Assembly (NCBI GenBank): GCA_002269645.1
Contig: NIVC01000859.1
Location: 310,001-374,000, forward strand
DNA from: Macrostomum lignano
Lineage: Eukaryota
DNA length: 64,000 nt
Direction of reading: 5' to 3'
Shown: positions 26,867 through 45,871 of the stretch, piece by piece
How the letters are laid out: each line of letters starts with the position of its first letter
Numbering within the stretch: position 1 is the stretch's first letter
The notes under the pieces: generated by a model
The model's input: the letters and a program-made list of their open reading frames with translations, nothing else
What the model was told of the DNA's origin: nothing
Databases searched by the model: none
Position numbers and translations under genes: made by a program

Positions 26867-26964
<98 letters not shown>

Positions 26965-27157
26965 CAGATAGATAGATAGATAGATAGACAGATAGTAGAT
27001 AGATAGATAGACAGATAGTAGATAGATAGATAGACAGATAGATAGATAGACAGATAGACAGATAGATAGATAGACAGATAGTAGATAGATAGATAGATAG
27101 ACAGATAGTAGATAGATAGATAGATAGACAGATAGATAGATAGATAGATAGATAGAC

Positions 27158-27188
<31 letters not shown>

Positions 27189-27244
27189 CAGATAGTAGAT
27201 AGATAGATAGATAGACAGATAGATAGATAGATAGATAGATAGAC

Positions 27245-27279
<35 letters not shown>

Positions 27280-27379
27280 CAGATAGTAGATAGATAGATA
27301 GATAGACAGATAGATAGATAGATAGATAGATAGACAGATAGATAGATAGACAGATAGATAGATAGATAGATAGATAGAC

Positions 27380-27414
<35 letters not shown>

Positions 27415-27520
27415 CAGATAGTAGATAGATAGATAGATAGACAGATAGTAGATAGATAGATAGATAGATAGACAGATAGATAGATAGACAGATAGATAGA
27501 TAGACAGATAGATAGATACT
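26843..27520. repeat. (GATA)n microsatellite with GACA interruptions
   Basis: Direct reading. Confidence 0.95.
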
Positions 27521-28006
27521 ATATGAGATTTCGTGACCTTCTGGCCCACGGCGCACACAGACCCAAAGCATAGTATCGCAATCACAGCTGAAAGTGGAAT
27601 GCGTGTCGCAGTTCTAAAAGTGCCAGCAGTCCGCAGTTCAGGGCTCACTAAAGTCTCACGTGCACACAAAGCGCCAAAAAGAGCTGGCTTCAAAACACTG
27701 GCTACTTGTTCATTCAATGACGTTTCAAATCTAGATAGCTGTTTTTATGAAAGTTCAGTAGCAGTGAAATTTCTTATCAAGATTCTGTCAGGCGCTTTTA
27801 AGCAATATAAAAAAGCTAAACTACCAGGTGAAAGGAGACCGGTGAATCTGTTGAAGAATTTTCATAACTCCACTGGCTAGAAACAGTCGCCAAGTTGTTA
27901 AAGATTGAAGCCCTATCAATGATAGTTAATGGGAAGAGTTCGTTTGTGACTTTGAGTAGAGCAATAATTGTTAGTAATTGTACGAGTTTTTACGGCCGCT
28001 TAAGGA

Positions 28007-31000
28007 ATGAGCTCATGCTCAGACTGGAGAAATATTCGACTGGCAGCCTTGCTTCTAGCACTGCTGGGTTGCGTCGTGTTTACTGCCTCTGTGGCTGGAT
28101 TCAACTACAGGTGGCATGCGAGTAACACGGATGAAGATGGGAGTCTGCACAACTCAGCTTTCGGTGGCCAAAGTGAGTTAATTGCATCTGGTGCTTGGTA
28201 TGGGTTTGAATGTGGCTCGATAGGAGTACATGTCTAACAAGTGCATGTAGGGGTGTCTTGTCTAACGGGTAGGGGTGTCCGTGTCTAACAGATAGGGGTG
28301 TCCGTGTCTTACAGGTAGGGGTGTCCGTGTCTTACAGGTAGGAGTGTCCGTGTCTTACAGGTAGGGGTGTCCGTGTCTAACAGGTAGGAGTGTCCGTGTC
28401 TTACAGGTAGGGGTGTCCGTGTCTTACAGGTAGGGGTGTCCGTGTCTAACAGGTAGGAGTGTCCGTGTCTTACAGGTAGGGGTGTCCGTGTCTAACAGGT
28501 AGGGGTGTCCGTGTCTTACAGGTAGGGGTGTCCGTGTCTAACAGGTAGGAGTGTCCGTGTCTTACAGGTAGGGGTGTCCGTGTCTAACAGGTAGGAGTGT
28601 CCGTGTCTTACAGGTAGGGGTGTCCGTGTCTTACAGGTAGGGGTGTCCGTGTCTTACAGGTAGGGGTGTCCGTGTCTTACAGGTAGGGGTGTCCGTGTCT
28701 TACAGGTAGGGGTGTCCGTGTCTTACAGGTAGGGGTGTCCGTGTCTTACAGGTAGGGGTGTCCGTGTCTTACAGGTAGGGGTGTCCGTGTCTAACAGGTA
28801 GGAGTGTCCGTGTCTTACAGGTAGGGGTGTCCGTGTCTTACAGGTAGGGGTGTCCGTGTCTAACAGGTAGGGGTGTCCGTGTCTAACTGGTAGGGAACTG
28901 GTAGGGGTGTCCGTATTTAACGAATGCGACTTTCAAGCAACCTGTAAAGCCATCCCAACTCGCCTGGGCTGCAGGTGAAAAATCCGCGGTGCATCCGGGC
29001 AATCCAATCGCCGATCCCATGCAAGCCATCAACAGCTCCGAGAGCTGCACACCGCGCACTGTGGAGGCCTACCCGCCAGACCTGTTCACTTTGGCGCAGA
29101 AGCAGAGCGGCGCCATTCTCATTCACGCTTTTGTCTCGGCTTGGCTGTTTGTTGCTTTGGCGATCGTGTGCGACAATTATTTTTTGGCTTCACTGGAAGT
29201 TGTTTGTGAAAGTGAGTGCTGGCACAGGTGCTCAACTGGGTTGTCACAGGTGCTCAACTGGGTTGTCACAGGTTCTCAACTGGGTTGTCACAGGTGCTCA
29301 ACTGGGTTGTCACATGTGCTCAACTGGGTTGTCACAGGTGCTCAACTGGGTTGTCACAGGTGCTCAACTGGGTTGGCACAGGTGCTCAACTGGGTTGTGC
29401 CAGGTTCTCAACTGGGTTGTCACGGGTGCTCAACTGGGTTTTCACAGGTGCTCAACTTGGTTTTCACAGGTGCTCAACTGGGTTGTCACATGTGCTCAAC
29501 TGGGTTGTCACAGGTGCTCAACTGGGTGTCACAGGTGCTCAACTGGGTTGTCACACGTTCTCAACTGGGTTGTCACATGTTCTCAACTGGGTTGTCACAG
29601 GTGCTCAACTTGGGTGTTACAGGTGTTCAACTGGGGTGTTACTGGTGCTTAGGTACCTGTACCTGAATGTGCCTGCACCTGTCCAACCCTAACCTTGATC
29701 TTGTCAATCACCTGCCATTTCGATCGCAGAGCTTCACCTAAAGCCGGACGTCGCCGGCGCCACCTTCATGGCTGCTGGCAGCTCAGCACCAGAGATGCTG
29801 GCTTCAGTCATTGGCGTCTTCATCGCCCAGAGCGACGTCGGTGTCAGCACCATAGTGGGCAGCGCCATCTTCAACGACCTGATGATTGTCAGTCTGTGCG
29901 GCTTGGCCGCCACCAGCGCTGTCTACCTGTCCTGGTGGCCGCTGTTTCGGGACTGCGGCTTCTACTGCATAAGTGTGGCCGCTATGATTGCTGTGATCTT
30001 CGACGGGATTGTCAACTGGTGAGCTTCATTTTCTTGCATTTTGTTTGTTTGAAAGAACTGCTGCTATTACAGTATGTGCCTGTCTGGCGATTAAAATGAA
30101 TGGGAAGGGGCCATGGCGTTTCATTCACGATATACTCGGAACTTCCCTCCAGAAGCTGCGCCTTGAAACCAAAGAAACTACAGGTAGTTGCTAATAATAA
30201 TATAAAAATAATTGATTACACCTGCCCTAATAAGCAGATGTGCAACCGACAGCTCAGCCGCAGCTATTGCACGGCGCATCTGAAGGCTGCGTACGGCTGT
30301 TCAGTCCAAGGACTGGGGGGGGAGTCGCCACACACCCTCAATTTCCCCAGCTAATGCTGGCACCCATTCTACAGCTGGGTGAACTGAAGCAATGCAGAGT
30401 TAAGTGTCTTGCTCAAGGATACAAATTGTTCTGGTGGGATCGAACCCCCCGACCTTCAAGTCGTGAGTTCGACGCTCTAACCGCTAGGCTAAAACCTCTT
30501 CCACACTATTGTCACACTCTCCCTGTCACACTCCTTGTTACACTCTCCCTGTCACCCTCTTTGTCACACTCTCCCTGTCACACTTCTTGTCACACTCTCC
30601 CTGTCACACTTCTTGTCACACTCCTTGTCATACTCCCTGTCACACTCCTTGTCACACTCCCTGTCACACTCCTTGTCATACTCCCTGTCACACTCCTTGT
30701 CACACTCCCTGTCACACTCCTTGTCATACTCCCTGTCACACTCCTTGTCACACTCCCTGTCACACTCCTTGTCATACTCCCTGTCACACTCCTTGTCATA
30801 CTCTCCCTGTCTTACTTGACTTACTTGACTCAGCTGCAGGGCTGTCCAGGGGGGACACAGCGGGAAGGCGCGAGCGCCCATTCCGCTAATCCCTGAACGG
30901 CCGACGCGTCGCTATGGACGAAGGGTTGGCGCCGCCCAGGGAGGTCCCCCAGTGTCGCCAGCAGCTATAGTGCTCTCTGGAACAGAGAGTTCAGCCCTGC

Positions 31001-33477
31001 GGGTGGCCCGGAGGTTGCGCATGAGCTGATTAAAGTTTTCGGGTACTCTCCCTGTCACTCTCCCCTTGTCACACTCCCTGTCACACTCTCCCAGTCCCAG
31101 TACACGCCCATCTAGGTGGTATTCCTAGATATGAGTATCCAGGAACAGGTTGTGGCCTAGCTACTCAATACTGTTTAATTCTCGCAACCAATCAAGGTAC
31201 GAGTCTGTCATCCAGCTAGCTCTATTCGCTCTGTACATCGTGGTGATGGCCTTCAACAATCGAATCGACGCTGCAATCTCCAAGCGGTATCCCCGGCTAG
31301 GCACGGGGGGCGCGCAGCGATTCTACGACCAGAGCAGACAGCAGACGGACGACTCACGTCGGGTGATGGACGACGACGAGCTGGCTGAGACGGTTGCCGG
31401 GCAGCAGCAACAGCAGCAAATTGAAGTCTGGACGATTGAGACTGGCGGCAGACCGCAGGTGCTCGCTGGCAGTCAAGACGAGGAAGAGCCAGATGTGGTT
31501 TGTGAGTTTGAGTTGGTTTGTTTTTGGCCAAAATAGTGATGCTAGTATTTTTTGTACACAAGCCTCTAATGAATGTGGTTGCTTACGGAATTGTAAAATG
31601 TCGGAATGAGTGACTTGGGTGTCTGTCTAACTCTCGACAATGTCATTTCTTGTGTTCAATCCCGTGTATGACCTAGTTACCTTGGATTTGTCCTTCTCCA
31701 AGGTGCTCAACTGGGTTGTCACAGGTGCTCAACTGGGTTGTCACAGGTGCTCAACTTGGTTGTCCCAGGTGCTCAACTGGGTGTCAAAGGTGCTCAACTG
31801 GGTGTCACAGGTGCTCAACTGAGTTGTCACAGGTGCTCAACTAAGTTGTCACAGGTGCTCAACTGGGTTGTCACAGGTGCTCAACTGGGCTGTCACAGGT
31901 GCTCAACTGGGTTGTCACAGGTGCTCAACTGGGCTGTCACAGGTGCTCAACTGGGTTGTCACAGGTGCTCAACTGGGTTGTCACAGGTGCTCAATTGGGT
32001 TGTCACAGGTGCTCAACTGGGTTGTCACAGGTGCTCAACTGGGTTGTCACAGGTGCTCAATTGGGTGTTGTCTCTCTCGCATGTGAGTTCCTAAGTATCC
32101 GCCTGCGTGTCCGTGATCGGGGGTCACTACTTGACTCCTCGCTTGATGTGGGTGGGTCCAAGCTCGATTGACAGCAACTGCCGCTAAAATTATCAATGCA
32201 TATCAATGAAGATGTCGATCTGAAACCTCCATGCGCACGCACCCACCGACAGTAGTCAACCAAGGCCCCGAGTCGCCATTCCAACCGCCAGTCGGGCTGC
32301 TCCGACGGGTTTACTGGTTAATCGGGTTGCCATGGACAACGGCATTCTATTTAACCATACCGGACTGTCGGAAACCCGGCATCTGGCGCCGACTGTTTGT
32401 CCTCACCTTCCTAGCCAGCGTGCTGTGGGTCTCGGGCCTGATCTACATGCTAGTGTGGATGGTCTGTGCCGTGGGCGACGCCATGGGCATCCCGGACACT
32501 GTGATGGGGCTGACGCTTCTGTCTATTGGCACTTGCATTCCGGACGCTCTGGCTGGGATTTTTGTGACTAGAAGTGGTGAGTTTTTGTTAAAATAATCTA
32601 AGATTAAAAGTCGTAGAATTTCATTCGGGTCTTTTCTTCCTAAAACTATGTTGCACAAATTTCATTTGGTGTGGTGCCATTTCATTTGGTGTGGTGCCAT
32701 TTCATTTGATGAGGCGCCATTTCATTTGATTAACAAAAAATGAAACGATTGCTCATACTCTGTTTTGCACAAGACATTGAACTACAAACAGTTGAAATGT
32801 CTAAGATAAAATTGCGAAAATGGGTCTTGGCACAAAATTTGCGTCGAACTCCCAACTAAGGGCGACTTGGTGGACGACATATTGACAGCCTTCATTCCAT
32901 CGAGCTTTAGAGGTTATTTGACCTTTCCTGACTGTTCGTAGTTGTTAACCATTGTCCTTGATTTTTCTTCACTAGCTCAAACCATGACACCATGAACGCT
33001 AGGCCACTCTTGTGACATCTCGTGACGCAACCAGCTCTGAGGCAATTCTGCTGAGATACTCTCACACGGGGTGTACAGCGCCCCCTGGGGGGGGGGGTTG
33101 GCTCTGATGCATGTGAAGGAAATCTAAAATTCACCTGTGCAGGTCTGGCAGACATGGCCATCGCCAACAGCATCGCCAGCAACGTGTTCGACATCACGGC
33201 TTGCCTCGGCCTGCCCTGGTTCATCAGCACGGCCCTGCTGAACCCCGGCAGCACAGTCACCATCAGCTCCAGCGGTCTGACCTACACGGCTATCACTTTG
33301 CTGGTTACTATCGTGTTTCTTTTAGTAGCAACGCACGCCAATCGCATGAGAGTAGATAAGAAACTAGGATTCATCTTCTTGTTTGTTTATGTTGCCATAG
33401 TGACCGCTGCGTGTCTGTACGAGACTAACGTTTTTGGATCGTTCAATCCGGAGCCCTGCCCAAGACAAAGACTTTAG
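28007..33477 (+). CDS. SLC24A: SLC24/NCKX-family Na+/Ca2+(K+) exchanger, paralog 1 (~551 aa, 6 exons)
   Basis: Exons 28007-28172, 28975-29211, 29730-30018, 31197-31501, 32253-32576, 33143-33477; phases 1,1,2,1,1; total 1656 nt. N-terminal hydrophobic segment, YPPDLFT, DVAGATFMAAGSSAPE (alpha-1), IPDTVMGLT..GTCIPD and MAIANSIASNVFDI (alpha-2). AATAAA at 33611. Confidence 0.93.
28247..28913. repeat. 23-bp minisatellite (~29 copies), NCKX1 intron 1
   Basis: Unit GTAGGGGTGTCCGTGTCTTACAG. Confidence 0.95.
29216..29650. repeat. 22-bp minisatellite (~20 copies), NCKX1 intron 2
   Basis: Unit TGTCACAGGTGCTCAACTGGGT. Confidence 0.95.
30192..30498 (-). mobile_element. tRNA-derived SINE with conserved central (Meta/V-type-like) domain, NCKX1 intron 3
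   Basis: Reverse strand: A-box TAGCCTAGCGG, B-box GGTTCGATCCC, then TCCTTGAGCAAGACACTTAAC...CACCCAGCTGTAGAATGGGTGCC, ending in an ATT-rich tail. The domain class is assigned from memory of SINE consensus sequences. Confidence 0.75.
30508..30810. repeat. 12-bp minisatellite (CTCCCTGTCACA / CTCCTTGTCACA); short outlier at ~31050-31095
   Basis: Direct reading. Confidence 0.92.
31700..32068. repeat. 22-bp minisatellite (same family as 29216-29650), NCKX1 intron 4
   Basis: Unit TGTCACAGGTGCTCAACTGGGT. Confidence 0.95.
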
Positions 33478-33735
33478 CTAAAAGCAACCTAATTGCATAC
33501 GTACTACGAGCTACTTACAAGTAATAAGAAACGAATACCACATTTGCCGATATTATTAGAAGGTAGTTGTTTTTTTTAAAAGTACAAAGCGCTGTCACGC
33601 TAAAATATTGAATAAATCGAAAATACGATTATAATCAGTTGATTTCCTAATTTGAGTAAAGCTTCTTATTTTTATCTGTAATATGACTGAACATACAAAC
33701 GATGAGAGAGATTAAATAAAAAATTCATTCATAAT

Positions 33736-34035
33736 GGTTGGCCGTGGCCCAGTAGTCTGGCGTGGCGCTCTCGTGTGCCAGCGGCCCAAGCTCGATTCCA
33801 AGTGCAGTCACGTTAATTTTGAAGGCTAAATTGGAATTTCGGCTTGGCTCTGCTCGTGAAATTAACGGCCTTGAAGGCCAACCCCCCAAGGCACAGTGAA
33901 GTGTACATGCCTAACGATAAATAAAGTTAGGGCCGCTGTACACTCCTGTGTGAGTGTGTGCCTGTACGTATGACTGCGTACATATCCGCGCGCTTGTGTG
34001 CCTGCTCAGGGGAGTCGGCGCAATGATGGGCAGTA
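33736..34035 (+). mobile_element. tRNA-derived SINE family B, 3'-truncated copy
   Basis: Aligns by eye with 40704-41065 (GCTCGATTCCAAGTGCAGTCAC; AAATAAAGTTAGGGCCGCTGTACACTCCTGTGTGAGTG); lacks the 3' tail. Confidence 0.85.
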
Positions 34036-34145
34036 TCTGTTCTTTGATAGAGTGCAAGTTCCTAACTTGCTGCTTTTGCATAGGATTGCAAAGGATTCCG
34101 TCTTGAAGTTTTTATCGTTAAAGAAATGCCAGCATTTTATTTTAG

Positions 34146-35300
34146 AGGCGCCATTCATTCATTTGGTGTGGTGCCATTTCATTTGATGAGGTGCCATTTC
34201 ATTTGATGAGGTGCCATTTCATTTGATGAGGTGCCATTTCATTTGATGAGGTGCCATTTCATTTGATGAGGTGCCATTTCATTTGATGAGGTGCCATTTC
34301 ATTTAATGAGGTGCCATTTCATTTGATGAGGTGCCATTTCATTTGATGAGGTGCCATTTCATTTGATGAGGTGCCATTTCATTTGATGAGGTGCCATTTC
34401 ATTTGATGTAGTACCATTTCATTTGATGTGGTGCCATTTCATTTGATGTAGTACCATTTCATTTGATGTAGTACCATTTCATTTGATGTAGTACCATTTC
34501 ATTTGATGAGGTACCATTTCATTTGATGTAGTACCATTTCATTTGATGTAGTACCATTTCATTTGATGAGGTACCATTTCATTTGATGTAGTACCATTTC
34601 ATTTGATGTGGTGCCATTTCATTTGATGTAGTACCATTTCATTTGATGTGGTGCCATTTCATTTAACGTGGTGCCATTTTTTTGATTTGGTGCCATTTCA
34701 TTTGATGAGGTGCCATTTTATTTGATGTGGTGCCATTTCATTTAACGTAGTACCATTTCATTTGATGTGGTGCCATTTCATTTGATGTAGTACCATTTCA
34801 TTTGATGTGGTGCCATTTCATTTAACGTGGTGCCATTTTTTTGATTTGGTGCCATTTCATTTGATGAGGTGCCATTTTATTTGATGTGGTGCCATTTCAT
34901 TTAACGTAGTACCATTTCATTTGATGTGGTGCCATTTCATTTGATGTAGTACCATTTCATTTGATGTGGTGCCATTTCATTTAACGTGGTGCCATTTTTT
35001 TGATTTGGTGCCATTTCATTTGATGAGGTGCCATTTTATTTGATGTGGTGCCATTTCATTTAACGTGGTGCCATTTTTTTGATTTGGTGCCATTTCATTT
35101 GATGAGGTGCCATTTTATTTGATGAGGTGCCATCTAATTTGATGAGGTGCCATTTCATTTGATGAGGTGCCATTTCATTTGATGAGGTGCCATTTCATTT
35201 GGTGTGGTGCCATTTCATTTGATGAGGTGCCATCTAATTTGATGAGGTGCCATTTCATTTGATGAGGCGCCATTCCATTTCATGAGGCGCCATTCCATTT
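34146..35300. repeat. 20-bp minisatellite (~57 copies); short sister array at 32660-32730
   Basis: Unit TGATGAGGTGCCATTTCATT. Confidence 0.95.
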
Positions 35301-35643
35301 GATTAACAAAAATTAAACGATTGCTCATCATACTCTGTTTTGCACAAGAGTTTGCTTAAGTTATTAGTCAAATACAAACGAAGCCCCTACCCTCTATCAA
35401 ATCAATTCGATATCTTCAGTGTTTCAAGCTTGTATAAGCCATCCAAATATTCGGTTAATCGGCTTAGAAAACGGATCTCCTCAGTTTTATTTAACCAGGC
35501 TTAACGGCTGGGAAACCATGTGCCAGTTGAAATCTTATACTCATCTTGTCAACATCCTACTGACTATAAATCTCCCAGAGTGTCGATTTTCGAATCGTCT
35601 CTAATTCTCGTCCATTTACAGATCCTTGAAAGTTCCATGGAAA

Positions 35644-36425
35644 ATGGTTTGTACTTTTGTTTTCGCATTCTTGCTGTTGCACAGCTCAACTGCCATAAAG
35701 CTTATCGGTGTTACCTACATCGGTTGCTTCAAGGACGCATTTAGGAGTAGCAGAGACCTGGATGGTCTTCGAGGACTGCCTTCGGTTGGTAAATACCCAG
35801 TGCGCTCGTTTGGTGCAGTGAAGACTGAAAAAAATTCGCCCAAATTTTGCAGTCAAATCTGCTCAAGCATCGGATTCAAGTTTTTCGGATTGCAGAATAC
35901 AGACGAGTGTTTCTGTGGAAACTACTTTGGGAGATATGGGCGGGAGCCGCAGCACAAGTGTAATCACAGATGTCCGGGCAATGCGACCGAAATCTGCGGC
36001 GATAAGCTTCGAAACTCCGTGTACCGCTTGAGCTATCAATTCGGTGAGTTTCCTATTCTGAAGCTTCTGGGTCACTAGTCGCCCCGAAGGCTTCCTATAA
36101 AAGAATGTATACGTACCTTTTAACGTGTCGAATATGATCCAAACCTACAAAATCTTTGACAGAATCTACAGGCATCAATCAGTTTCTTAAGCAACTCAAT
36201 AACCGCATCGATGAGTCGAAAAAACTTTTGTCCGAAGACCTGCTGCTACTTGCCGAGCGAACTGTCAGTGCTCATCGCCTGCTGCAGTGTGCCACCAAGT
36301 GCTCAATTGTTGGCTGTCAAGTTGTAGTTTTTTCTGAGAAACAACGACGTTGCGGACTGTTTTGGAATGTTCAGGTTGTTAAAGATCGACGTTTGGTTGA
36401 TTTAGAAGTCTTTGTTCGTGGCTAA
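35644..36425 (+). CDS. Secreted WSC-domain + PAN/Apple-like protein A (~220 aa)
   Basis: Exons 35644-36043 and 36163-36425 (phase 1, 663 nt). Signal peptide MVCTFVFAFLLLHSSTA; WSC pattern YIGCFKD...CSQIC...FFGLQNTDECFCGN...C...CPGNATEICG...NSVY; C-terminal LLQCATKCSIVGCQVVVFSEKQRRC (PAN-like). Confidence 0.85.
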
Positions 36426-37103
36426 AGACTCACTGAAACCTGCAATCGTTCCCTGGGAGTGTTAATTTAGCAAGCATTTACTGGTATACTAGCTGCTATT
36501 CAAAATATTCGCATTGCATCATGTGAAGTATTTCACCCATGGAGAAATAAATATATATCTCTATTCCCAGCAGTTTGAAATGAGTTGAGAAGAAAGTTGC
36601 AAAAGATTGACGTTTTTAAGCTCTTTGAGACAGAAATTCACGAAGCTTTTAATTTTTTTTCACGGTTGCACCTACCTAGATTCTCTATACATTACCTGTA
36701 TGGCATGCATCAGTGAGTTTCTTGTAAAAGCCCGCAAACATCAGCAGCATCCCCCATATACTTTTGGCAGTAAAAATTTGCTTGACTTCAAAGTTTCGAT
36801 CGATTCAGCCTGAGCGACAAAATTCAGTCGATATTGGTGTGTGGACTCAGCAATGAAACTGTATTCCTTGCGTAGAAAACATTTAGGATCTTTTTCTAAC
36901 TTCCTTTTCGACATCCTTTTGTATGCCAATCGAAGGAAGCTGTGACTACGGTGCAACACCTAGTAAATAGTGAGAATATGGATAAATAGACGCATTGCGA
37001 CAGATTTGGGCGAGAGTTTGAAAGGGAAGCCATATCAAAATACTAGCTGTATGCAGAGTTTCTTCTCAAGCTGGTATTCAGTTTAATCGACCCAAAGTTA
37101 GGC

Positions 37104-37812
37104 ATGCTTCGTCATCTCTTTTTCTTGCTTTTTTGTCAATGCTTAGCCGCTAAGAAGCTCACTGGTTTCGACTACATCGGCTGTTTCAAAGACAAAGACA
37201 ACCGCGACATGCCAGGACTCGAAGGCATGCCTCCAATTGAGGGCCACAGCGTTGTCGGTACCTCAATTGGTAATGCCACCCAGAACTCGCACGAATTCTG
37301 CAGCCATATTTGCTCTCTGTTCAACTTTCGCTATTTTGCTGTACAGTTTGGCAAGCAGTGCTTCTGCGACAACTCCTATGGAGGAATGGGAGCAGGTCTG
37401 GAGAGCGAATGTAGCTCTGGTTGTTCTGGCAATTCGAACCAGAAATGCGGAGGATTTGATCGAAACTCTGTTTTCAAGCTGAACTATGCTAGTGAGTAAA
37501 GCATTTCTGCATTGATACACTTTTGATACACTTTCTAAAGATCCTAACCATTGCATTACAGACGTGGACGAATATTTTCAAGGGCAGATTAATCGCAACT
37601 CGACTCTGAGCTACGTCACGAGCCCTGACGCACCTGCCGATCGTACTTTTATCGCTCGAAGTTTGCTGCAGTGCGCCTCGAAATGCTCTTCGACTGCTGG
37701 TTGCCAGGCGGTGATTTTCGCCAAGCAAAGAAAGCTGTGCCGCCTGCTTGGAGCTGTGGAAGGTCTGCCTACCCTGGTTGGAACCGACGAACTGGTGTTT
37801 ATTCGTGGCTGA
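37104..37812 (+). CDS. Secreted WSC-domain + PAN/Apple-like protein B (~212 aa)
   Basis: Exons 37104-37491 and 37562-37812 (70-nt phase-1 intron, 639 nt). Signal peptide MLRHLFFLLFCQCLA; YIGCFKD...CSHIC...YFAVQFGKQCFCDN...C...CSGNSNQKCGG..RNSVF; LLQCASKCSSTAGCQAVIFAKQRKLC. Confidence 0.87.
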
Positions 37813-38360
37813 ATGGATCGAAAAGTGGTCAAGAACTTTGATGTCAACGAAAAAATTTAGAACCAAAAAAATAAAAAATAAAAAAAAACATTTTCGATCT
37901 GCTAAAGGACTAAAGGATTAGCTTGCATTCGCAATTGACACCAGGCTTCACCTGGTCTTTGTCATTTTATTAAGCTGTTATAATCAATTACCATACCGTA
38001 GTTACCGTAATTCTCCAGGTAAGTGTAAGCACACCAATAACCTTTCTTAACTAGTTGTTCAAAGGTCGTGTCAGCACCCATACATTTTTATTTGCTGAGT
38101 ACGAAGCTGATATGAGAAAGTGTTTTCATAGGTGCAGAGAGATAGAGAAGCGCAGTGGACACCATACGCTGTGAGAATACTTATCTAATTTAATTTCCTG
38201 TTTCACAGTTTGATATGCCTTGGACAGCAACGGTGAGCACCTTCTTGACAGCTTTAATAACCCGAGCTTTCACTTTTTCGATTCAATATTTTTAGGGGTG
38301 AAAAATGACCGTATAAATATGGCCTTTTAATACGCTCCGCAAGGCTTAAATTTTGTTATT

Positions 38361-44493
<6,133 letters not shown>

Positions 44494-45871
44494 AATATTC
44501 AACTTCCAAAGGTATCTCAAGTATAGTCTCAATGTTTTTCCTAATTGCTTGGGAGTAAGATTTTGAATATTTGGAAGAGCTTAACAATGCGTTTTGAAAT
44601 ACATTATTAATTTTCATAATATCGATTTTTATATTCCATTGAAGTACCTTGATGAGTCATTAAATTCAATTACAAATTTAATTTAAAAAGTTCTTTTTGT
44701 CCTGCCAAAATACGCAACATTCATTAATTTCAGATAAAAGTGCTTATTTACCATATGGTGCGGCACACTGCCTGATTTGCCTCGCTACTTCAAAAGTCCA
44801 TATTTACTATTCAAAAAGCCGCCAATATTGCCCCATTCAGTGCAACATCCGGCTCTGGAGACTTTAGAAATTTTTTCCAAGGAATGGCTAAGGTGGTTAG
44901 ATGGTAGGGACTGCCACTCTGCAAAGGGCTTTTATTTTATACGCTTTTATTCATAAAATCTAAGAACTTTTATAGAGTTGTCAACTGAGCAATTTTTAGG
45001 TCTCCTACTACGTCAAACAATATGGATGGACAGTCCTTCTGAATATTCTGTAGACCCCAACTCGTCCCTAAATCTTCACTCTCTCTCGGCATGCTCTCCA
45101 GTCCTGAGCTTGACACATCTCTTCTCAAAGCTTGTAAATAAGCAAACTTCGAGCACGCATGAGTCCTTAGACGCTCACTTTCCTGCCAGAGTAATCAGAC
45201 AGCTGTACTTGGCCTTTTTCATTTTCTTATTTAAACTTGGGGTCTCCTTATGACCTCTCTCTCCCTTTCTGTGCTCTCATTTGGAGCAGAAAAGAAGTGA
45301 CTGACTACAGGCTTGCTGCTCGGGCAGGAAATAGCAGCAAGGAGAGGGAGGGAGGGAGAGAGCGTGTGTGCCAGATTGTGTGCACCGCTCGTTGCCATAG
45401 CAACAGCGGAGAGGTGCGCGCATGCAGGCTCTCAGCACAGCAGCAAGCAGTTTTAGATATGGTTAAAGGCTTTCATGTCTCTTCTGGTCTGTGAGCGAGA
45501 CCGCACTGAAATTCAATTGGCACTACTGGGTCTTCACACTGTATAGCCCAGTGTTCCATGCTCATTCTCTCACTGGCTGCTCACTGGCACACATCAACCC
45601 CACCCAGCTGGGGGCCCCGATTCCATTTGCTCTTTTTTTGCCTCAGCTATTCGTTTTGTGCAAGCAGAGCATGAGCACAAAGCATTAGAACTCTCTGTTG
45701 ATTCTGGAGAGAGTTTTCTTCACAAAGAAAAGACGCCCCTAAGTGAATATATATATGATGCGCTGCTTGTAAAAATAGCCATCAAAACTGGAGAGAGAGA
45801 GCATCGACTGCACTAAAACAGACAACGGCCGAAACTGAAAGAAACTTCCGATAGCAGCTGAAAAGTTTGAA

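Noticed and set aside
27533-27880. 115-codon GTG-start ORF upstream of NCKX1
   Set aside because: No ATG context, homology or splice support.
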